Position numbers and translations under genes: made by a program
Shown here: one piece after another, positions 36,121-43,019 of the stretch
How positions within the stretch are numbered: the first letter of the stretch is position 1
How the letters are laid out: the number at the start of each line of letters is the position of its first letter
Notes under the pieces: generated by a model
The model's database searches: none
What the model was told of the DNA's origin: nothing
The model's input: only the letters and a program-made list of their open reading frames with translations
Assembly (NCBI GenBank): GCA_049724395.1
Contig: JAUGWO010000090.1
Coordinates: 62,001 to 105,019 of the forward strand
DNA length: 43,019 nt
Origin: Spongospora subterranea f. sp. subterranea
Lineage: Eukaryota
Direction of reading: 5' to 3'

Positions 36121-39100
36121 ATGTCGCCAATGAGTTATTCTGTTTTTCAGACGTGCAGAACGGATTTGATCAGTTACGTGCCGGGGACCGAACTACTGCA
36201 AGGCGTGTCGCCACGTCATCTGCCGGCGTTCGTATCGAGCTCGACCCGGTGGAAGGCGCAACAGTCCAAGGTGGTCGAAACCTGGATCGACGAGCGATTG
36301 ACCCGCAGCAACGTGGTTTGCGTGGAATCGGCGGTCGAGTCGATCCTCAACGGTTTGTGGAGCGTCGTCATTATCCCACCCCATATCGTGACCCGTCCGA
36401 TGATCGCGCGCCCTCGAACAGGTCCAATCTCCCCCGATCTTCGTGATGAACGCGCCTATCGCGACGCTCCTCGGCGATCATTGTCGGCGAACTCTGGGTC
36501 ACATTCTCCCGATCGCCACTGACCGTGGCCCGTTGGCAGGAAAATCCTGGGCGTGTCGCGAACACAACTATCAATGGCCGGTCTCCAGCTGCACGATATC
36601 GATCGGCTGTATCGCGCGTACTCAACACACGTTTTGTGTAAATCGGTTCTGGGAATTGGATGTTCTAACGCCATTCTCCCGTTCGACTCAGGTTGTACAC
36701 GTACTCGGTGGGGATCCATGAGGCGCTCAGGGACGTGGTGCGCCATGCACCGGATGGCGCGGCGCTATCGTGCCGCCTGTGGAAGACGTATCTGGGCCTG
36801 TTGGAATGCGCCACCGACGACATGTACAACATGGCCATTCGACAAGGTCATTTCATCACGAATGAACCTCGCGTTAAAATTCTGCAGATTTATCTTCAAT
36901 TGCACGTTTTCCGCCACCTTGAGCAAATCGGCAAATCGCCGAGGTTGTTTGTGTTTACCCTCAACCTGACGGTGAAACATTTGTTCTCGCTTCTCCGTCG
37001 TGGAATCTGACGATGTTTTGGCAATTGGCAACTCCCCAATCGAACGTGCTGAATAGTGGTCTGTTTCCAGTGCAACAGGACAACGAACAGAAGCTGTATC
37101 GCGTCGTCACGAGGTGCAACGTCCGGTTCCAGGAGCACGGCCGGGCGCTGCACTGCTTCCAGGAGGACCAGAGCGGCCTACAGGTCAGCCTCGACGCCGC
37201 ACAGGCCACCATCATCGACCTGACCAACACGGTCAACGACCTCAACGCCAAGCTCGCCGACGCCATCCGTCGCGGTTTGGATGATAAACGTCCCCTGGAG
37301 CGGGTCGCCCAGCACCTCTCTGATCTGCGCGCCAAATCCGCCGCCATGCAGTGCAAAATCTACCTGCAATCTGTTCAACTTCGTAAGATCGGAATGCAAT
37401 TGCGGTAATTGCGATTCTGTTGAATGTGCGTTTCCACTGTTCGTGGTCGAAAATTCACGTCAGATTCCGTGAGTTTTGGAAAAGCTCCGAACCCGGAGGG
37501 AAATGGAGAATCAATGGTCGTTTTGATGTTGTTTTCAATTTTTCATTGTTCGAAATGAATCGTATGAAGAAACTGCCGAATATTGATCTTTCGTTGAGCG
37601 GTTGAGATAGCTGAAATGGGTTTCAGGGTGTCGATGAGTGAGATCGACGATCTGTCGCTGCGTCTGATGACCGTCACGACCGAGCGGAACGACCTGTCCG
37701 GCAAGTACGAGGGCGCCGAAGCCAGGATCAGGGCGCTGGTCGAGAAGCAGGCCGAGGACCGCGCCCGGCATCACGATATGTCGCTGCGCATGGAGCACCA
37801 TCTGGGCATGATCAAGACGCTGAACGCCAGCCGCGATCACCTTCAGGGCGAGCTGGATCGCGAACAGACCCTCACACGGGCGATCAAAACGTGCCTGGCG
37901 CAAACGCAGGTGGCGTTGGAAACGCGGTCGAAACAGGCGACGACGTTGGAGGAACAGGTGAAGGCGTTGACGCAATCGTTGAACGTGATGACGAGGGAGA
38001 GGGATGATGAGATGTTGAGGGCGTTGAACTCGCGGATGGAGCTGGGGGAGGCGCAGGCCCTGATCAGGGAGCGGAACAGCAGATTGGCGGCGATGGCGCT
38101 GGAGCTGGAGAAATTGCAGGAGGTGGAGGCGGTGGAGAGGAACGAGCTGAGGACGAGGGAGGCGGAGACGAAGGAGCTAAGGAAGGAGAAAGAGCGATTG
38201 ACCAGTGATAACGACCAGATGAAAGTCGCCGTCAAAGACGCGAAACAGCTGATGCAGACGGCGATCAACGAGCAGGACGTCGATCGACAACAGCTCCACA
38301 AAGAACGCTTGCGCAACGCCGAACTGAAGACGGCCTTGACTAAGAGCAGCGACCAGGTTGACGAGCTGATGACCTCGCTTCAGAACGCACGGAAGACGAA
38401 GGACGAGCGCATCATGGAACTGACCAACCTGAATGCGAAAATGCGCACCATCATTGACGAACAGAAGGCGGAGCTTCGCGGAACGCACACGCAGATCAAC
38501 GGGCTGGAAGGGCGCCTGGCAACGATTGGGAAAGCGTTGGATCAGGCGAATGAGCTATTGAGAACGCATAATCGACAGGTTCAGGAGCTGAGCCAACAGA
38601 ATATGGGGTTGGCGGCGAAGGTCCAGGACAGCGACGCCATGATCGGACAGCTGGAACAGCGGTTGAAGAACGCCACGGACGTGCTCGAGAAGCAGAGCGC
38701 CGTTGTGCGGCGGGCGGAGGAACGGGTGAAGGAGGAAGAACGGGAGGTGGCGTCGCTGCAGGTCGCCATCGAGCAAGAGCATCGGCAGCAGCATTTGCTG
38801 GCGATCGGCGGGCGTCGACGAATGCCGTCGCGAAGGAGGTCGTTGGACGAGACGGCGTTCGCGAGAAACTCGGAACGGATTGTGTTCAATGGCGTGATGA
38901 ACGAACGAGGAAACCACAATCGATCGCAGTCGACGCCGCCTTTGAGAATGGTCGTCGATTCCTCGAGGAAAACGGGGACCGTGGACGACTGCAACGACGG
39001 GAACAACGTCAAGAACAATGAGGAAACGACGGAACCTAACAATGAAACTGCCAGTTCGATGATGGCCAGGGCGTATAACGAGATGAGGGCAGTGGTGTCG

Positions 39101-40114
39101 GAACAGAATCAACGCATCAGCAGGTTCGAGAAGGAGACGCAATCACGAATCCGTTGTGTTCAGCTGGAGCACGCGAAGGAGATGGAATCCGCCGCTGAGA
39201 CATTACTGGCCAGCGAGAACGCCAACAAATCCCTGAAAGGGCAAATCGCCGACTTGATCGCCACACATGATCGGTTGGTGTCGGGACCGGACCAAGAGAT
39301 GGTGATATTGACCGGAGAGAACGAAGGGCTGCGAGAGCGGATACAGTACCTGCAGCGGAAGATCGCCACGGCCGAAACCGGTCAGCGATCACGGGGACAA
39401 TCCACGGTCAGGTTGGCGATGGCGGATTGGGCACAGCCGGAACGACCCAATACGGAACACGATGAATTACTCGGTCCCGAACAGAATCCAATTGCGACTG
39501 AGGCGCCGACGGTTTTGAACCAGATCGACAATCCTAACCCTCCCGACAATAGCCCCGTTGCCCACGAAGATCGCACGCCGAGATCGCGTGATCAGCGCCG
39601 CCGCTCCACGGCCAAACAGAGCTTGACCGACTGGAACGCGCTCTCGTACATGTCGGTTCGGCATCCATCGGCCAATCCGCAGATGGTGATGCCGACCGGC
39701 AATCTGTCACCCGAAACCTCGCGGATTTCGACTCCCGTTTCCCCGTTGATCGCCGCCCTGCGTAACGTTCCCGACGTTTCCGGGATCGGTAACGTTCCCC
39801 GATCCGATATCGGTTCCAAGGCGCCGAAGGCGACCGTTAGAGCCTCGAATAGGAGGCAACCGCGCCAGCCAGACGAGATTGTGGATATGGTGCAGCGATC
39901 GCATCGACAGACGACAGCGAAGGCGCCGCCCACTTCAACGGAGAACGACATTGGGGATTCGGGGGCGATTGCCGCTCAGGACGCCGGGTCGTCAACGTGG
40001 AATGCGATGCGGGACGAGGAGCTGCGACTGGCGGGGATACGGCGCAGGGGATCCCTGGAACGGATTCAGAGGCTGAGGAGGGACGTTGATCTGCTGTCCA
40101 GGAGAAAAGACTGA
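36121..40114 (+). CDS. Large multi-exon coiled-coil protein with a disordered C-terminus (start uncertain)
   Basis: The N-terminal segment ILGVSRTQLSMAGLQLHDIDRLYRA/LYTYSVGIHEAL is followed by heptad-rich exons. Introns 37405..37463 and 37517..37610 connect ORF 37013..37408 in frame to the 832-aa ORF 37616..40114. Confidence 0.7.
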
Positions 40115-40420
40115 GTGTTGTTATAACGATATAGTTTAGATACAGATACGATATTGCTCTGCTGAATACTGAGGCAGTTTCTGAAAAAATAAAACAATCG
40201 AAGAGAGTGGGGCTCCTGGCGATGCCAAGACATGGATTAAGTCAACTGAGTAAAACCCCATATCTGTGGGTTTTACTCAAGAATTTCGAGGTACAAACAA
40301 TCCTCAATAGTGAGGTCGACCGATATCAGTACGATCGGGTCGCGTTCTCGGCAATCGCCGAAGCTGGCATTGATTGTTGGATCGAGCGGGTTTGTTGCGA
40401 CAGGGCCCGTTGCCACAAAA

Positions 40421-41389
40421 ATGACGACGGGGGGCGCTCAATCCAACTCGAACAAGAAGACGAATATCATATTCGGATATAGTCAACAGGCGTATTCGAC
40501 CAATTCTCGTTCCAGTTTCACCCCATTGTCGAAAGGAAATCACCGCCCGAACCCCATCCTATCATCGTCCGGGTCGCAGTTTCGCCTCGGCGACGTCGCC
40601 AATGACTTCTCCACGGATTCCATCGCGTCCAGCCATCATCGTCCGTTGGTCGAGACGACGGCCATGCAAAAGGATCAAACCAGTTCGGGCAGTTCAGCGT
40701 TCGATATGGCGCGACAGTGCAAAAAGGCGCTGCAGGAATCGCATCTACCATGGCAGGAGAAACCGTCGTTCTTCACGTTCAGCAGGGCGATGCCAACCAG
40801 TTTCATCAAGGGCGATCACCAAAACCACCAACAACAACAACAACATCGTCATCCTCACGATATTGTGCCGAAACCTGGTCTGGTATTGGGATCGGACCAG
40901 CTAACATATTCAACATCATCCAACGCCGCCACAACGTTCACTGAAGGTCATCTAACACATCACCGTTACATTCTGAGGAAAGTTCGTTTTGTTTTTGATG
41001 GGAACGTTACCTATACTGGATCACATCTTCATTCGGGACATTTCAGACGACGATATTCAATTGTGTGTCTTTCGTTAGCCAAGGCGGAATTCGGTGCCAA
41101 TGCGTTTTTCGGTCGAGACCGTCGCCGGCAGACGCGTGGGGATGACGTGGCGAATCCGTCGCGATCGTCGGGAAACGGGGACCGCAGCGGCCAGAGCCCG
41201 GGTACTGACGTCCCAACGCATCCCAGCGCGAGGAAGGGGATCGTGCTGGGATATGATCCGGCCGTCTATCAGTGCACGAACAGCATGTCGCGATACTTCG
41301 ATCGCAGCAATTGCCCTTTGCCAGATAAGCCCAGGCATATGGAAGCCAGACAGAACAAGACCTCCAAAACCAATATTCTGTTCGGGTAA
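40421..41389 (+). CDS. Low-complexity repeat protein, candidate axonemal microtubule-binding protein (TEX45/SAXO5-like repeats)
   Basis: Recurring motifs TNIIFGY..AYSTNS, SQFRLGD..DFSTDS, GLVLGSD..TYSTSS, GIVLGYD..VYQCTN, TNILFG. Probable in-frame intron 40947..41078. Confidence 0.6.
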   Translation: MTTGGAQSNSNKKTNIIFGYSQQAYSTNSRSSFTPLSKGNHRPNPILSSSGSQFRLGDVANDFSTDSIASSHHRPLVETTAMQKDQTSSGSSAFDMARQCKKALQESHLPWQEKPSFFTFSRAMPTSFIKGDHQNHQQQQQHRHPHDIVPKPGLVLGSDQLTYSTSSNAATTFTEGHLTHHRYILRKVRFVFDGNVTYTGSHLHSGHFRRRYSIVCLSLAKAEFGANAFFGRDRRRQTRGDDVANPSRSSGNGDRSGQSPGTDVPTHPSARKGIVLGYDPAVYQCTNSMSRYFDRSNCPLPDKPRHMEARQNKTSKTNILFG

Positions 41390-41577
41390 AATTAAACTGG
41401 ATTTCTCAGTACCGTTTTATGTGGCGAAAAATTGATGAGTCATTTTTCGGGTGATTCATTTCACTGTTGACCGGAACTGGGTTTGGTCACGATCAGATTC
41501 GACAGAAATCACTACACAAAACGATCAATCAGATCGACCTCGTCAGTTGGCAATTGTTGAGGATTTGAGGCGCCAAA

Positions 41578-42141
41578 ATGAGGTTATCAGCGCGATTGCT
41601 CCTGATCTCATTGCCCATCGCATCAACGATCGCCTTCTCGCAGATGATCGATTCCCATATTGACCCGTATTTGGAAGGGACCGGGGTGGTCGGCTCCCAT
41701 GCGCTCCACAGTAATGGGCTGGTCGGCAACGCCCCGATCATGGTCGATGGGCACCACGAGGTAATGGTCGACCGGCACCACGATGGGCACATCGTTGATC
41801 CCCGTCATCATGGCGGGCACGCGTTGCACAGTATGGTCACCGACGACTATTATCCTGGCGACATCCATCACGGGATCGACGGCGGGCAATATCGTCAAGG
41901 CGCTCAGGTGCGACACATTGAGGGACCCGGGATTCAACGGATCGCCGAGACCGTCATTCACGAGCCGGATGTGGTTCATCATCAGGAGATACGGGAGCTG
42001 GATCGGGTGGACGTGGTCCACGACCCGATCACGATCGAGCACGGCCATGGGCGGGTCGTGTACGACCACAACCCGATCGCGCCGATGCCCCTCCATCACG
42101 ACCTGATCTACTCCGATGTGCATTCGGCGCCGATGTTTTGA
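41578..42141 (+). CDS. Small secreted histidine-rich, cysteine-free protein
   Basis: Intronless 187-aa ORF with signal peptide MRLSARLLLISLPIASTIAFS. About 25 His by manual count, many as HH pairs with Asp/Val/Gly. Confidence 0.75.
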   Translation: MRLSARLLLISLPIASTIAFSQMIDSHIDPYLEGTGVVGSHALHSNGLVGNAPIMVDGHHEVMVDRHHDGHIVDPRHHGGHALHSMVTDDYYPGDIHHGIDGGQYRQGAQVRHIEGPGIQRIAETVIHEPDVVHHQEIRELDRVDVVHDPITIEHGHGRVVYDHNPIAPMPLHHDLIYSDVHSAPMF

Positions 42142-42478
42142 CCATTGGCCAGCGAATAGCGCCCAATTAATATCATAACTATTACCCGTCGTCAATACAC
42201 CCCATTTTCCATCAACCTCTGATTCCGGTTTTTATTTCGAGCGATGCTCGTTCCGCGAAACGATGAACGGTAGGTGGGCGCCATTGGCACCTCCACACAA
42301 CTCTCTTTGGCAATTCGAAAGCGGTCGATGAGCACTTTCACCGACGTCCGTTGAGGAGCAGATCGAAAAAATAGGTGAAAGTAAGGCAAGTCCCTTCTCG
42401 TTGGAGATATAATAATATAGAATAACATTTATATAACTTGAAATTTCAAAAAAGGAGTAAATCAATTTTGAACAGGTA

Positions 42479-43019
42479 CTCCTTCCGTCCCATGAAAGGT
42501 TTCGAAACGAATTTATTGGTGAAAAAACACAGCCACACCGAGTCGAATTGATGAGGTATAGTCTGAGTGACAACGTCTTCAGCGCAAGACAACGATTGAG
42601 GAAGTTGGTGTTCTTCTCGACAACGACTCTTTCCATATGCGGAACTGTATATTTGTAGACGCTTTGACTTTTCATGGTTTCGATCATACATCCTTGTAAG
42701 GTTAGGTACACATTATTATCAGGGCAACAGGCTCCAAATCACTGAACGCTTTTTCTGTAGCCAGAATAAGTTCGTCCATATTTCGTTGCGGTAGTTGATA
42801 CTGCAGACTTGGTGTGGATCGAAAGAATCCTAATTCGAGTACCGTAAGGTCGGGAATATTCGCCAGTTGTTGACACAGCTGGATTAGGCAATCCTGGCCC
42901 TTTAATGATTCCTTAATGACCGGGTCGTTGTCATCTGGGTGTGGCCTTGCGTTATCCTGGTGCACAAAAATTCTGCTATGTGTTTGACCAGTCCATGTTC
43001 TAGGCCATTTTGCGTATTG
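42479..43019 (-). mobile_element. Tc1/mariner (plant/oomycete DD39D-type) transposon remnant, 3' end with terminal inverted repeat
   Basis: Transposase C-terminus IFVHQDNARPH...QQLANIPDLTVLELGFFRS..SLQ, then a frameshift to YLTLQGCMIETMK...YTVPHM. The terminus TA|CTCCTTCCGTCCC at 42477-42491 matches the Stowaway/mariner CTCCCTCCGTCC TIR with a TA target site. Confidence 0.88.

Noticed and set aside
37535..39951. Multiple long antisense ORFs within the coiled-coil gene (and similar ones at 12.6-15 kb)
   Set aside because: These are expected shadows of GC-rich, codon-biased coding sequence.
42479..43019. Fanzor/TnpB cargo in the mariner element
   Set aside because: Only ~100 bp separate the transposase end from the TIR, and no RuvC or zinc-ribbon motifs are visible.

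Overview
Gene-dense eukaryotic DNA with many short GT-AG introns (about 47-60 bp). It looks like a compact flagellated protist genome; a plasmodiophorid such as Spongospora is my guess and cannot be proven here. Recognisable genes: an OPR-like helical-repeat protein fused to an RsmC-type rRNA methyltransferase, an RJL small GTPase, insulin-degrading enzyme, kanadaptin, a WD40 protein, SIRT6, an orphan type I membrane protein, a DDB1/CPSF1/SF3B3-family propeller protein, NDUFAF7, a membrane-anchored giant coiled-coil protein ending in an Aurora-like pseudokinase, a second large coiled-coil protein, a repeat protein resembling microtubule inner proteins, a secreted His-rich protein and a mariner (DD39D-type) remnant. 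The most unusual part is 15.7-20.7 kb. It holds a decayed KDZ (CxC5/CxC6) transposase, three diverged copies of its N-terminal segment in alternating orientation, a 12 x 89-bp array that appears to derive from a USP His-box coding fragment, a small inverted-repeat element, and a ~21 x 55-bp array. Nearly every unit of the 55-bp array carries a short ORF resembling the first codons of the SIRT6 gene that starts 7 nt after the array.
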